In this document: piece after piece, positions 9,082 through 19,398 of the stretch
Layout: each line of letters begins with the position of its first letter
Numbering within the stretch: the stretch's first letter is position 1
Assembly: GCA_963778115.1 (NCBI GenBank)
Contig: CAVZSV010000004.1
Coordinates: forward strand, 2,112,001 to 2,176,000
Direction of reading: 5' to 3'
From: an uncultured delta proteobacterium
GTDB taxonomy: Bacteria > Bdellovibrionota > FAC87 > UBA2466
DNA length: 64,000 nucleotides
Program-made: the position numbers and the translations under genes
The notes under the pieces: generated by a model
Databases searched by the model: none
Seen by the model: the letters and a program-made list of their open reading frames with translations, nothing else
Told to the model about the DNA's origin: nothing

Positions 9082-10536
9082 TTACTCGCGATAGTCTTCA
9101 GCGCGGATGTTGTACTTTTGAAGCTTGCGGAGCAGCGTTTTCTTCGGAATCTTGGCGTGCATCGCCGTTTGGTTGATGCGGCCCTTAAAGGTCTTTAACG
9201 CTCTTACAATAAACTCCTTTTCGAACTGTTCTTTGTGACTTCGGTAGTCAAGAAGCTGCGATTCTTCTTCGTCAAAGGGAAGTTCGATGCGCTCTTTGGA
9301 AGCTTCGACTGCACCTGCCGCCGCCCATCTGGGTTCGCTTGCTATCCCCGAAGAGAGATACTGAGGAAGCGATTGGGGGAGAATACGCTCGGTATTTTCA
9401 ATAACAAAAGCGTGTTCGATGACGTTCTCAAGCTCACGAATGTTCCCCGGCCAATTGTGCCGAAGCAGGATTTGTAACGATGTGGGAGTAACACCGGTGA
9501 CGCGCTTCTTGTGGAGGACATTAAACTTAGCAATGAAATGGTTCACTAGCTTTTCGATATCATCTTTACGTTCCCGCAGAGGGGGAAGGTAGATGGGAAT
9601 CACATTTAATCGGTAGAAAAGATCTTCCCTAAAGGTTCCCTTTTGAATCATCTCTTCCAAGTTTCGATTGGTAGCCGCAATGACTCTGACGTCCATCTCA
9701 ATTTCCCGGTTGGAGCCCACGGGAATAAATTTGCGTTCTTGCAAGACTCGCAAGAGTTTAACTTGCATTGCCGGACTTAGATCTCCTATCTCGTCGAGGA
9801 ACATCGTTCCTCCTTCGGCATACTGAAATTTTCCGATCTGCCGTTGATCGGCTCCGGTGAAGGCCCCTTTTTCATGGCCAAAGAGTTCGCTTTCGAACAG
9901 AGTCTCAGCGATGGAACTACAGTTGATGGCGACTAGCTTCTGGTCCTTACGTGCCGAGTTGTAGTGAATGGCGCGAGCCACAAGCTCCTTGCCCGTTCCG
10001 CTCTCGCCGCGAATGAGAACGGAAGTATCCACTTTGGCCAGCTTGTAGATGACGCCAAAAATTTTCTGCATCTCGCTCGAGTTTCCAACGAAGCTTCCCG
10101 TATCGAGTTTGACCACCGGGGCAGAAAACGCCATGTGATGGATCATCTGCTGCGCTTCTAGTGCGCGCTGAACCATCTCGACGATAGCCTGGTGCTTGAT
10201 CGGCTTAGCGAGGTAGTTATAAGCGCCCTCTTTAATCGCTTTTACGGCATTTTCAATGGTGCTGTAGGCGGTCATCACGACAACGATGATCGAAGGGTCC
10301 AGCTCTTTAATTTTCGAAAGGCATTCCATGCCTCCCAGCCGCGGCATGTTCACATCGAGCATGACTAAATCGGGCCTTACTTTCTGGATGGATTCTAATG
10401 CCGCAATCCCGTCCTCGGCCTGTTCGACGACGAATCCCGTTCGAGTGAGCGCTTCGGCGATGGTCTGTCGAAGTTCCAGATCATCTTCGACTACGAGAAC
10501 TCGTTTCCCTTGAACTTCTGAATTTCCTGCACTCAT
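9082..10536 (-). CDS. Sigma-54-dependent response regulator (REC-AAA+-Fis HTH, NtrC family)
   Basis: REC domain (VLVVEDD, LDVNMP, KP); GESGTGKE, ESELFGHEKGAFTGA, FLDEIG, FREDLFYRLNV, WPGNIREL; C-terminal HTH. Confidence 0.95.
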   Translation of the reverse strand: MSAGNSEVQGKRVLVVEDDLELRQTIAEALTRTGFVVEQAEDGIAALESIQKVRPDLVMLDVNMPRLGGMECLSKIKELDPSIIVVVMTAYSTIENAVKAIKEGAYNYLAKPIKHQAIVEMVQRALEAQQMIHHMAFSAPVVKLDTGSFVGNSSEMQKIFGVIYKLAKVDTSVLIRGESGTGKELVARAIHYNSARKDQKLVAINCSSIAETLFESELFGHEKGAFTGADQRQIGKFQYAEGGTMFLDEIGDLSPAMQVKLLRVLQERKFIPVGSNREIEMDVRVIAATNRNLEEMIQKGTFREDLFYRLNVIPIYLPPLRERKDDIEKLVNHFIAKFNVLHKKRVTGVTPTSLQILLRHNWPGNIRELENVIEHAFVIENTERILPQSLPQYLSSGIASEPRWAAAGAVEASKERIELPFDEEESQLLDYRSHKEQFEKEFIVRALKTFKGRINQTAMHAKIPKKTLLRKLQKYNIRAEDYRE

Positions 10537-10549
10537 GGTTTCCTCCCTT

Positions 10550-12469
10550 TTATACCGGTAAAGAAATAGTAAAAATGCTTCCCTGTCCTATTTCGCTTTT
10601 TAGATCTACGGCACCGCGATGGAGCTCCACAAAATACTTTACCAAGTAAAGTCCGAGTCCCGTTCCTTTAATCTCTTTGGTAGCCGGATTTTCACAGCGA
10701 TAAAACTTTTCGAAGACTTTCCCCTGCTCTAAAGGATCGATACCCATGCCGCGATCGGCTACCGATACCCTTATCCACCCATTCTCTTCTTTCGAGCTTA
10801 GCGTGATCTCGCTAGTAGAGGGAGAATACTTTATCGCATTTTCCACGAGATTCGAAAGAACTCTACGTATGAGGGTGACATCGAATTTAAACGAGAAAAG
10901 CGGCTCTAGTTGCGTATTGAGGGTGATATGCTTTTCGGCTGCCAGAAACTTCTTGCTTTCGATCACTTCGGTGATGGTCGCGTTGATATCTTTTGAGGCT
11001 TTCTGCAAGGGAATATCAGCACTTTCAATTCGTGTAAGGTCCAGCACGGTCTGAACGTACTCACTCAGATCCTCAGTGGTATGGATGATTGCGGAGAGCG
11101 ATTTTTTTTGGCGTTCATTTAGCGTTGAAGCCTCGTTAAGCACTAATTCGGCATTACCTTGAATGCGCGCTATGGGAGTTTTTAGGTCATGAGAGATAAG
11201 TGAAAGGAAATTACTTTTTAGCTGCTCTAATTGACCCATCCATTCCGTCTTTTGTTGGTAATACCATCGGACTCGATACTCACTCAGTAGACGATAGGGA
11301 ATGACGACGTAATAGCTCACACAGGCAGCAATGAGCGGATGAGCGAGATCGATCCATGTATCAAAAAAGAACAGAGCCGCCCAGGCCGAGCTGATAGTGG
11401 CCAGAATGACGACCAAGACGGCGACAATGCCTCGTCCCGGAGAAAGCAGAAGGGCCGAATTAACGATGATGGCGCCTATGAGAAGCGAGAGTAAGACTAC
11501 GGTAAAATGGCTCGATCTTTTAATGCCGTTGTTATTGAGAAGCGTGCCCAGACTCTGGGCCGCTCCTTCCAGAAATAGAGTTTCGCGCGGCTCCCTAGAA
11601 TAAGGGGTGAGTACGAAATCAGCGTCTTTACGAGAAAGGGCTGTGCCGATGAGGACTATTTTATTACGAAAAGTTCCTCTCGGCGTTCTTCCTTCGGCCA
11701 CTTCAGCGGTGGAGTGAACGGGATAAGTTCCTGGAGGCCCTTGCCAGTGAATATAGGTCTGCAACGTGTTGGAAGCGGGGGAAGGTCTCGAAGTCGATTG
11801 GAAGAATTGGCGCTTTGTCATTCCGCGAACCGTGCGTGCGAGTTCGGCGTAAAGGCTAGGAAACCCTTCAACGGCTATCATCACTCGTCGGGTCACCGAG
11901 TCGGCTCCGTAGTTAAAGGTATCTCGAGAAATAAAACCCGGCCGATATCTGACGACGTTTAGGAAAGCGGAAGGAGGAGGATTGCCGAGGCTATCGTCAT
12001 CAAGAAAACCGACGTAGTCGGATTCAGTTTTAGCGAAGCACTTGGCCAAGGCGGCTATCTCCTGCTCTGAATAGTCACGTTCATTGATGGACCCAATGAG
12101 AGCAATGGCCCGTGGCGAATCGGCCTTAATGTGCTCTATTGTTGCGGTAATTTCATCCACCGGAAACTTTAAAGAGCCTCCGTAACGACGGCTGGCGACG
12201 TCGTCGTAGGCAATGAGTGCGATGTCAGGGACGGGATTTTTCTTCCAGCGCGTACGAAACAAACCATCTACCAAAATCCCGTTTAGGCCGTCCAACGCGA
12301 ACTGTCCCATCGCGAGCACAAAGATCGAAACTAGCAGAGTGGCTGAGAGGTGAGTCGTGGTTTTTGACTGTCTAGTAATCGCACCCCTCCGCGCAGCAAA
12401 ATGGTTTCCCATCTCTTTCGGCTTTGGTGGTGAGTGCGGTCGGTTCCAGAATCTCATGGAGAAGGCCAC
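10550..12469 (-). CDS. CHASE2-domain sensor histidine kinase
   Basis: N-terminal TM; CHASE2-like region (IALIAYDD, ADSVTRR, FRNKIVLIG) plus 3 TMs; HisKA SHDLKTP; HATPase NLVENAIKYS, VADRGMGI, GTGLGL. Confidence 0.9.
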   Translation of the reverse strand: MAFSMRFWNRPHSPPKPKEMGNHFAARRGAITRQSKTTTHLSATLLVSIFVLAMGQFALDGLNGILVDGLFRTRWKKNPVPDIALIAYDDVASRRYGGSLKFPVDEITATIEHIKADSPRAIALIGSINERDYSEQEIAALAKCFAKTESDYVGFLDDDSLGNPPPSAFLNVVRYRPGFISRDTFNYGADSVTRRVMIAVEGFPSLYAELARTVRGMTKRQFFQSTSRPSPASNTLQTYIHWQGPPGTYPVHSTAEVAEGRTPRGTFRNKIVLIGTALSRKDADFVLTPYSREPRETLFLEGAAQSLGTLLNNNGIKRSSHFTVVLLSLLIGAIIVNSALLLSPGRGIVAVLVVILATISSAWAALFFFDTWIDLAHPLIAACVSYYVVIPYRLLSEYRVRWYYQQKTEWMGQLEQLKSNFLSLISHDLKTPIARIQGNAELVLNEASTLNERQKKSLSAIIHTTEDLSEYVQTVLDLTRIESADIPLQKASKDINATITEVIESKKFLAAEKHITLNTQLEPLFSFKFDVTLIRRVLSNLVENAIKYSPSTSEITLSSKEENGWIRVSVADRGMGIDPLEQGKVFEKFYRCENPATKEIKGTGLGLYLVKYFVELHRGAVDLKSEIGQGSIFTISLPV

Positions 12470-12526
12470 CCCCTTGCGACCTACTCCGCCTATATACCGC
12501 CCCTAACACACCTTCCACAAGCCTAC

Positions 12527-12543
12527 TGCAAGCCGCGGGCCCA
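12527..12543 (-). promoter_or_regulatory. Candidate sigma-54 promoter of the kinase/activator operon
   Basis: Minus strand TGGGCCCGCGGCTTGCA has GG-N10-GC with TTGCA, about 60 nt upstream of the kinase start. Confidence 0.55.
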
Positions 12544-12617
12544 CCTAGGGTCAGATTGCCATATAATTTTAAATAGTAATGTTAAGTATTTAAGCTGGTT
12601 CAGAGGGAAAATAAAGA

Positions 12618-12663
12618 TGGTGTCAAATTACCACCAGTTGCGCCTCGGTGCCGGTATGACCCC
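12618..12663. promoter_or_regulatory. Paired candidate enhancer (UAS) sites for a sigma-54 activator
   Basis: Imperfect palindrome TGGTGTCAAATTACCACCA (12618-12636) and related GGTGCCGGTATGACCCC (12647-12663), separated from the -24/-12 element by an AT-rich tract. Confidence 0.4.
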
Positions 12664-12690
12664 AGCCATCCTCATCGTCATTTGATTTGG

Positions 12691-13119
12691 TTAGGGGCGG
12701 TCAAGAGCCTCGTTGGCCATCGCGTCAGCTAGAGAATTTTCCTCTCTTCTGACATGTAAGATCTGAGCCTTCTCGAAATTTTCCAAAAGGGCCTTCGCTT
12801 GCTGAAAAAGAGGGATGATGTTGGGCGCTTTCACCTTATAGATTCCGTTAAGCTGCCTCACCATAAATTCTGAATCTGCTTTGACCACGATCTGTTTTGC
12901 TCCTAGCTCCACCAGACGCTTAAGTCCATGGATAAGGCCTTGGTATTCCGCGACATTGTTAGTGGTATTTCCGAGACGCCCCCCTTTTTGTTCCAGGACA
13001 TCTTGGTTTTGAAAGATCACAAAGCCATAAGCCGCAGGCCCCGGATTTCCCCGAGACGCCCCGTCGCAAAATAGAAGGAATGGGGAGGAGTCCGCGTTAT
13101 TTAGCGGAGGCTTCGGCAT
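12691..13119 (-). CDS. rnhA: Ribonuclease HI family protein
   Basis: FCDGASRGNPG, TNNVAEY, ADSEFMVRQLNG, HVRREENSLADAMAN. Confidence 0.9.
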   Translation of the reverse strand: MPKPPLNNADSSPFLLFCDGASRGNPGPAAYGFVIFQNQDVLEQKGGRLGNTTNNVAEYQGLIHGLKRLVELGAKQIVVKADSEFMVRQLNGIYKVKAPNIIPLFQQAKALLENFEKAQILHVRREENSLADAMANEALDRP

Positions 13120-13852
13120 CGGCTACATCAGCTTCTTTGGAAGGAATAATAAGAATACGGCCGCAACTAGGACAACGGTGAACTGCTTTGAATCCTAGAA
13201 TCTCGTTGTAGAGTTGCGGGCGCACCTTCATGTGGCAACCCAAACACATTCCATTTTCCGCGTAGACAATGCCTACGCCTTTAGTGCGGGTGGCGACTCT
13301 TAAGTAGATGGCGTTGATATCGTGGGTAAGCTGAGACGCTGCAGAATGCCGCTGTCCCAACTGCTCTTCCAAGACCTTTACGATGCTGGATCGATCGGCT
13401 TCGATCTTAGCGAGGTCTTTTTTGATGCTCTCTTCATAAGATTTAAAATTCTTTTCGACCTCTTTAAGAATTTGGCGCTGGGCTTCCACTTCATTCATCA
13501 GTTGGAGAGCTTGCTCTTCGAAGCCTGATTTTTCCTGCTTTTGAGCGTTATTTTCCTTAACGGCCGCCTGATATTCTTCGTTAGTCTTGACCTCCATCAT
13601 TTTGCCTTCGGCTTTATGGAGCTTATCTTCACGCTCTTTGAGGTCTTGCTCACTCTTACGAAGCTTCTTCTCACAAGTATCAAACAGAAGTTTGGCTTTG
13701 TCGTATTCGTCGCGCTTAGTTTGCAGGGATTGAGTTAACTTATCGGTCTCGTTAGGAAGGCTTTCGATTTGGTCTTGCAACCGGGAGATCTTCTCATCTA
13801 TCCGCCGAAGATCCGCCAAAATTTGATACTGAGCTTTCATGGACTCGCTCAA
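13097..13852 (-). CDS. Coiled-coil protein with C-terminal C4 zinc ribbon (DUF164/CT398-like)
   Basis: Long coiled coil with KTNEEY motif; C-terminal CLGCHM...CPSCGRIL; usual position between rpoD/tRNA and rnhA. Confidence 0.88.
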   Translation of the reverse strand: MSESMKAQYQILADLRRIDEKISRLQDQIESLPNETDKLTQSLQTKRDEYDKAKLLFDTCEKKLRKSEQDLKEREDKLHKAEGKMMEVKTNEEYQAAVKENNAQKQEKSGFEEQALQLMNEVEAQRQILKEVEKNFKSYEESIKKDLAKIEADRSSIVKVLEEQLGQRHSAASQLTHDINAIYLRVATRTKGVGIVYAENGMCLGCHMKVRPQLYNEILGFKAVHRCPSCGRILIIPSKEADVADAEASAK

Positions 13853-13937
13853 CGCTTATCCTCCCTGCTACTATCTTAATTCCTGCTGCTACCAGGCCCT
13901 TTTCCAAGGTCGGTGTCTCATGTGGGCCGATATCTAA

Positions 13938-14011
13938 TGGGCCCACCAGGACTTGAACCTGGGACCTACCGGTTATGAGCCGGCTGCTCTAACCGACTGA
14001 GCTATGGGCCC
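13938..14011 (-). tRNA. tRNA with CAT anticodon, most likely tRNA-Ile2 (lysidine-modified); CCA not encoded
   Basis: Minus strand GGGCCCATAGCTCAGTCGGTTAGAGCAGCCGGCTCATAACCGGTAGGTCCCAGGTTCAAGTCCTGGTGGGCCCA folds as a cloverleaf. The fully paired acceptor stem argues against fMet; position after rpoD fits Ile2. Confidence 0.92.
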
Positions 14012-14123
14012 CGAGACCGTGGTCCTCTTGCGCTAGATCAACAGCACCGACACTCTACCGCTTAATCCCCGGAAGTCCAGAGGGATTATGATAAATTCCG
14101 GCACTTTCCGTCGGTAAATGAGT

Positions 14124-16004
14124 TCAATTTTCTATAAACGCCTTCAACCGCTTGCTTCGGCTGGGGTGGCGAAGTTTGCGCAGCGCTTTTGCCTCAATCT
14201 GACGAATACGCTCTCGAGTTACGTTAAAGTCTTGTCCTACCTCTTCCAAAGTATGGTCAGAGCTTTCCCCGATGCCAAAGCGCATGCGAAGCACTTTCTC
14301 CTCTCGGGGGGTTAAGGTGGAAAGAACCCGTCTTGTCTGTTCGGACAGATTCACGTTCGTTACCGCATCGGCGGGCGAAATCATCGCTTTGTCCTCAATA
14401 AAGTCACCCAAATGCGAATCTTCGTCCTCGCCAATAGGCGTCTCTAAAGAGATCGGTTCCTTAGCGATCTTGAGAACTTTACGAACCTTATCAACCGGCA
14501 TTTCCATCTTTTCGGCAATCTCTTCCGGCGTCGGCTCCCGTCCCAGCTCCTGCACCAAATAACGTGAAGTTCGGATGAGCTTGTTGATCGTCTCGATCAT
14601 GTGGACCGGAATACGAATCGTTCTGGCCTGATCGGCGATGGCTCGAGTAATCGCCTGACGAATCCACCACGTGGCATAAGTCGAAAACTTATAACCGCGT
14701 CGGTATTCAAACTTATCGACGGCTTTCATCAAGCCGATGTTGCCTTCTTGAATGAGATCTAAGAACTGAAGACCCCGGTTGGTGTACTTTTTGGCGATCG
14801 ATACCACCAAGCGAAGATTCGCCTCGACTAACTCGGCTTTGGCGATTTCGGATTTTCGCTCTCCGGCTAAGATCGCCTCATACATGTCTTTCAATTCACG
14901 GGCTCGGAGATTGGTCTCCTTTTCTACGACGCCGACCTTCTTCGCGGCATTTCGCATGACAAGGTCAAGTTCAAGAATTCCAGCGTAATCATAGCCGTAC
15001 TTATTCTTAAGCTGCTCTTCGTACTTCTTGTTGCGCTTGCTTTCAGTCAGAGCTTTGCGGAACTTTCCGATGGTATCTACGTTGATCCGGCGAAGACTTC
15101 GGTAAATTTCGGTCTCCGCTTCTTCAATGCGCTGAACCTGCTGCTTAAATTTCGCTACGATCTTATTGATCGTCTTACGGTTGAAATTGATCTCTTGGAA
15201 AACCTTTACGATGCTGCGCCGGTTACTGGCGAGACGTTCACGCAACTTCTTTCGTTCCAGGGCGGCCTGGCCCCCCTTGAGAAGTTTTTGCTCAACGCCG
15301 TTGAGAATACGTTCAAAGTTTTTAACGAGCTTCATTCCTTCTAGAATGCGCTCGCGGCATTCGGCCTCGTTAAGGCCTTCCATTTGATGCTGTTCTTCTT
15401 CGGTAGGCTCTGGCTCAGGTTCCGCATTAGGATCGGGAACTACCGCTTCCGCTCCATTGCCCCCTTCGGCATTTTCCTGGTTCTCGCTCTCGCCTTCACC
15501 GCCTCGAACGACATCGCGCGCCCGGAGTTTGCCCTTTTCGATCTTGTCGCCGATGGCCAAAAACTCCTTGATGCCCATCGAGGAGTTTAAGATGACGTCC
15601 AAGACTTCGGCTTCGCCCTCTTCAATACGTTTTGCAATTTCAATTTCGCCTTCGCGAGTGAGGAGCGCCACCGAACCCATCTTCTTTAGATAGAGGCGGA
15701 CCGGATCGAGTCCACGGGTAAGGGCTTCTTCGTCTTCGCTGGCGCCCGCACCGGCTCCCGCTTCGGCAGCAGGGGCGGCAGAGGTCGCTGTATTGGCGGC
15801 TTTCTTTAAAGCCTTTAACTGCTTTTCGTTTTCCACGATTTCGATGTCATTCTCTTCGAGAAGAGTCATGACCTCGTCGATCTCTTCAGATTCGATGAGT
15901 TCTTCGGGAAGGGCTTCATTGATCTCCTCATACGTGAGGAACCCCTTCTCTTTTCCGGTGGAAATGAGTTTTAGTAATTCTTTTTTCTTTTCAAGCTTGG
16001 GCAT
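14124..16004 (-). CDS. rpoD: Primary sigma factor sigma-70
   Basis: Region 1.1, [57 protein letters not shown]. Confidence 0.98.
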   Translation of the reverse strand: MPKLEKKKELLKLISTGKEKGFLTYEEINEALPEELIESEEIDEVMTLLEENDIEIVENEKQLKALKKAANTATSAAPAAEAGAGAGASEDEEALTRGLDPVRLYLKKMGSVALLTREGEIEIAKRIEEGEAEVLDVILNSSMGIKEFLAIGDKIEKGKLRARDVVRGGEGESENQENAEGGNGAEAVVPDPNAEPEPEPTEEEQHQMEGLNEAECRERILEGMKLVKNFERILNGVEQKLLKGGQAALERKKLRERLASNRRSIVKVFQEINFNRKTINKIVAKFKQQVQRIEEAETEIYRSLRRINVDTIGKFRKALTESKRNKKYEEQLKNKYGYDYAGILELDLVMRNAAKKVGVVEKETNLRARELKDMYEAILAGERKSEIAKAELVEANLRLVVSIAKKYTNRGLQFLDLIQEGNIGLMKAVDKFEYRRGYKFSTYATWWIRQAITRAIADQARTIRIPVHMIETINKLIRTSRYLVQELGREPTPEEIAEKMEMPVDKVRKVLKIAKEPISLETPIGEDEDSHLGDFIEDKAMISPADAVTNVNLSEQTRRVLSTLTPREEKVLRMRFGIGESSDHTLEEVGQDFNVTRERIRQIEAKALRKLRHPSRSKRLKAFIEN

Positions 16005-16142
16005 CGGTCTATAGCTCCGTAAAGTTAGGGCACGTCGCTTTGATACGGCAAGGAGACAAACACCGATTCATAACACGCCACACAGCGTGATGCAACGGTC
16101 AAAGCCCCCGTAAAGGGGTATAAGTGCCACGTTCTTAAAGTT

Positions 16143-17978
16143 TCAATGACTTCTAAGCTCCTTTAGTTTCTCAAGTAGTCGAATTCCTTCGCGATCGTCC
16201 CCTAGTTTGTCGCTCAATTTAACCTGAGCGGAAAGGGCGCGTATTTCCAATTCTCTTTTTCTTTTCAATAGCCTATCGGCCAAGACCCTTAAAGTTCGGC
16301 CGTCCAAACTAGCGTCTTTGGCCTGCCTCTCTTCGGAGCTAGACGAAGCAATCAGCCACTTTGCCGCCAAGGCCTGAAGCTTCATGAGCGCTTCAGTCTG
16401 GACAAGCTGTTCCAAAACAGGGGGCCAACGATCCGGTGCAGGAGCTCCGGCTTCGGAAAGTGCCGTTAACCAGTAGCGCACCCGCTCTTCTTTGATGCCT
16501 GCCATCCAATCGGTGGTTGGAATGGCAAAGAAGGCCTGTGGCCATTGCAAGGCCGAGTCAAAAAAATCAAGATCTAAAGGATCGATAGCGGCCTCCTTGG
16601 TGGGAGGTAATTTTTTACCAGGGGCTGGCGCGTTCTTTGCGTCTGGCGCCTTTTCGATCTTGGGGGCAAGCCTTGCCTGTCCGGATTCGCTGATCTCTTT
16701 AAGAGCTTCTACCGAGGTTTTCAAAACGAGTGAGATATTGTCCCAAAGGATGGCGCGATCGGATAGCCGCCGGCTCGCTACTAAGATCGGAGTCAGTTCG
16801 GAAAGCCACTTAGCGCTCTCCTCTTCGCTGAGGTGCCCTTCCGTTGCGATCTCTTTCAAAAGCTTAGTGATCTGTCGCGGAGCTTTTTCACAAGATTGAT
16901 AAAATTTTTCAGCTCCCTCCTTTTGGAGGTATTCGTCTGGATCTTGTCCGTCAGGGAGTGAGAGGTCTTTGGCAAAGATGCCCGATTCCAAAAAGAGATG
17001 GACCGATCTTCTCCATGCGTCTTGTCCGCCGGCATCGGGATCAAACACTGTGACGACTCGATTGCATAGTTTCTTGAGTTGCGCGCAATGGTCTTCGGTC
17101 AGTGCGGTTCCCATCGTCGCTAGAGCGTTGTTAACGCCGCACTCCGCGAGTCCAACGACATCCATGTAGCCTTCCACGATGACCGCTTCGCCTCTTACTC
17201 GAATCCCTCGCATGCTTTCATGAATTCCGTAAAAGCAGCGACGCTTGGAAAAAAGCGGTGACTCTGGCGAATTGAGATACTTGGGTTGGTTGGGCTCGTC
17301 GTTAAGAAGTCGGGCGCCGAAGCCGATGACCGATCCCTCGGCATCGCGGATGGGAAACATCAATCGTTCCCGAAATCTATCGTAACCTTTGCGGGGTGAA
17401 CCCTCTTTGGCGATGACAAGCCCGGCTTCGGTCAGTTCCGAAAAGGTGAATTTCCTTTTCTCCATCAGATCCATTAACGTATTCCAGCCTCGAGGCGAGA
17501 CTCCAATGCGAAAGCGATCGATGGTCTTTCGAGAAATTCCTCGCGACATGAGATAGTCCAAAGCCAATCGATATTCGGGAACTTCAGTCAGAAGGTAGTT
17601 AAAATATTTGGTCGCCCATTCCAAGGCTTCGGTAAGCCGGGCCAAGCCCGGAATCGGTTGAGGGGCTGGAGCTCGTCGAGAGTTTGCCTCCTCCTTGAGT
17701 TCGATCCCAGCGCGTTTGGCTAATTTCTTTACCGCTTCCGGAAACGAGAGCCCCTCGATGGCGCAGACAAAAGTAAAAATATTGCCGCCTTTTTGGCAGC
17801 CGAAGCAGTGAAAGCATTGCTTGAGGGGATGTACATGAAAGGAGGGGGTCTTCTCATTATGAAAAGGACACAACCCCACATAGCCAAGACCTGATTTTTT
17901 TAAAGGAAGGTACTCGCCGATTAACTCAACGATGCTTATCGCATTTCTTAATGTAGTAAGCGTTGCATCCGAGTACAT
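16143..17978 (-). CDS. dnaG: DNA primase
   Basis: Zinc finger CPFHNEKTPSF...CFGC, DRFRERLMFPI, KYLNSPE, TOPRIM VEGYMDV, FDPDAGG, DPDE. Confidence 0.97.
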   Translation of the reverse strand: MYSDATLTTLRNAISIVELIGEYLPLKKSGLGYVGLCPFHNEKTPSFHVHPLKQCFHCFGCQKGGNIFTFVCAIEGLSFPEAVKKLAKRAGIELKEEANSRRAPAPQPIPGLARLTEALEWATKYFNYLLTEVPEYRLALDYLMSRGISRKTIDRFRIGVSPRGWNTLMDLMEKRKFTFSELTEAGLVIAKEGSPRKGYDRFRERLMFPIRDAEGSVIGFGARLLNDEPNQPKYLNSPESPLFSKRRCFYGIHESMRGIRVRGEAVIVEGYMDVVGLAECGVNNALATMGTALTEDHCAQLKKLCNRVVTVFDPDAGGQDAWRRSVHLFLESGIFAKDLSLPDGQDPDEYLQKEGAEKFYQSCEKAPRQITKLLKEIATEGHLSEEESAKWLSELTPILVASRRLSDRAILWDNISLVLKTSVEALKEISESGQARLAPKIEKAPDAKNAPAPGKKLPPTKEAAIDPLDLDFFDSALQWPQAFFAIPTTDWMAGIKEERVRYWLTALSEAGAPAPDRWPPVLEQLVQTEALMKLQALAAKWLIASSSSEERQAKDASLDGRTLRVLADRLLKRKRELEIRALSAQVKLSDKLGDDREGIRLLEKLKELRSH

Positions 17979-18634
17979 TACGTTTTCTTTTCCCTAAACT
18001 TCACTGACGATGCAGATACCGAACTCGATCTCGAAACCCAGGGGGAGTCCTTCAAGAAGAACCGCCACGGTTTTTCCGCTGCTTTGCTGATGCCGATACG
18101 AGGAGACTCACTGATGAGCTTTGCCGGAACCCGGGTTCCCAAGTCCACGATTTTGAAATCAGGACGGTCAAAAGTAAATCCGTTGTACGTCAAATCGATA
18201 CCCAGCCCTTTGGTCAGCTTTCCCGGCCCATTCAAAAGGCCGAAGTCGGTCTTTATCAGAGCCCGACGCTTTCGGATACTATCGATTCCAAAAATCGGGC
18301 GCGCCGCCCGAAATAAAACAGCTTCGCCGATACCGGGCCCCCGAGTAGACACATTCATACAGTAGTTAAGTCCATACGAAAGGTAGACGTAGCAGCTTCC
18401 GCCCCCCTCAAACATGACTGCATTTCTCTTAGTGACGCCCCGATAGGCATGGCTTGCGGGATCGGCTCCTCCCAAATAGGCCTCAACTTCGACGATCTCC
18501 ACCGCAATAGTGTCTTTGATACTGCGCGTTGCGGAAGCCGCATGCACTACTAGAACCTTCCCGAGTAAGCGTCGCGCTACTACTAAAGTCTCATCCTCGT
18601 AGAAAGACCGGGGCAACGGAGGCTGATTTTCCAA
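17978..18634 (-). CDS. mpg: 3-methyladenine DNA glycosylase (MPG/AAG family)
   Basis: VARRLLGKVL, IVEVEAY, DPASHA, YVYLSYG, GPGKLTKGLGI, SPRIGI, PWRF. Likely start TTG 18634; the track start 18682 overlaps yqeY. Confidence 0.92.
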   Translation of the reverse strand: MENQPPLPRSFYEDETLVVARRLLGKVLVVHAASATRSIKDTIAVEIVEVEAYLGGADPASHAYRGVTKRNAVMFEGGGSCYVYLSYGLNYCMNVSTRGPGIGEAVLFRAARPIFGIDSIRKRRALIKTDFGLLNGPGKLTKGLGIDLTYNGFTFDRPDFKIVDLGTRVPAKLISESPRIGISKAAEKPWRFFLKDSPWVSRSSSVSASSVKFREKKT

Positions 18635-18644
18635 TATTAAGGAA

Positions 18645-19097
18645 TTAGGGCTTGGGGGAGAGTTTGGCGCGCGCGATCTCATTGACTAGTTTCCCGTCGG
18701 CACGCCCTCCGGTCTTTACGAGAGCGGCTTTCATGACTTTACCGATATCGCTGGGGCCGGTGGCACCGCTCTCTTGAATGGCTTCGGCGACGGCTTTTTC
18801 CACTTCAGCTCGATCCAACTGCTCAGGCAAATAAGCGGTCAGAAGGGCGACTTCCGCTTTCTCCTTATCTACCAGGTCGGGACGATTTCCTTTGGTGAAG
18901 GCATCAATAGAGTCGTGACGTTGCTTGATCATCGTGCCTAGGAGCCTAATGACCTCCGCCTCTTCCAAAGGCTTGCGGCTATCAATTTCGCGCTTTTTAA
19001 TCTCGGAAACCACCATCCGAAGGGTCGAAACCCTAGCGGCGTCATGCGCTTTCATGGCGGTCTTTACATCGTTATTGATCGTGTCTTTCAAGCTCAT
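18645..19097 (-). CDS. yqeY: GatB/YqeY domain protein
   Basis: KTAMKA, TLRMV, IKQRHDSI, YLPEQL, GKVM, GRADGK; directly downstream of rpsU. Confidence 0.92.
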   Translation of the reverse strand: MSLKDTINNDVKTAMKAHDAARVSTLRMVVSEIKKREIDSRKPLEEAEVIRLLGTMIKQRHDSIDAFTKGNRPDLVDKEKAEVALLTAYLPEQLDRAEVEKAVAEAIQESGATGPSDIGKVMKAALVKTGGRADGKLVNEIARAKLSPKP

Positions 19098-19103
19098 GAA
19101 AAG

Positions 19104-19301
19104 CTAGTTCCGTGGAGGAAGTGCTCGTTTAATCAGCCGCTTACGGGCCGCAATCGACTTCTTCTTTCGGCGGACAGAAGGCTTCTCATAGTACTCCCGC
19201 CGGCGGACTTCAGAAAGAACCCCCGCCTTTTCACACTGCTTTTTGAAACGCCGCAAAGCGCCTTCACTGTGTTCCGTATCTCTAACTTTTAAACCGGGCA
19301 A
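19104..19301 (-). CDS. rpsU: 30S ribosomal protein S21
   Basis: [31 protein letters not shown] start at 19301 with an AGGAGG SD (65 aa). Confidence 0.95.
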   Translation of the reverse strand: MPGLKVRDTEHSEGALRRFKKQCEKAGVLSEVRRREYYEKPSVRRKKKSIAARKRLIKRALPPRN

Positions 19302-19398
19302 ACGAAAGCCTCCTGAAAGGGCGTAACATAAAGGCATGTAGCTGCATCCGTCAACTACAAGCGCTCCCAGAGCGCTTAGATTCCGATTCATATTAATG

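Noticed and set aside
12470..12690. RNase P RNA (rnpB), often found downstream of the zinc-ribbon/rnhA genes
   Set aside because: Only about 220 nt available and no GAGGAAAGUCC core; better explained as a sigma-54 promoter region.
19302..19391. N-terminal extensions in the ORF track (rpsU; likewise queA, mpg, rlmE, bamD, aldolase)
   Set aside because: Longest-ORF artefacts; homology and SD positions support downstream starts.
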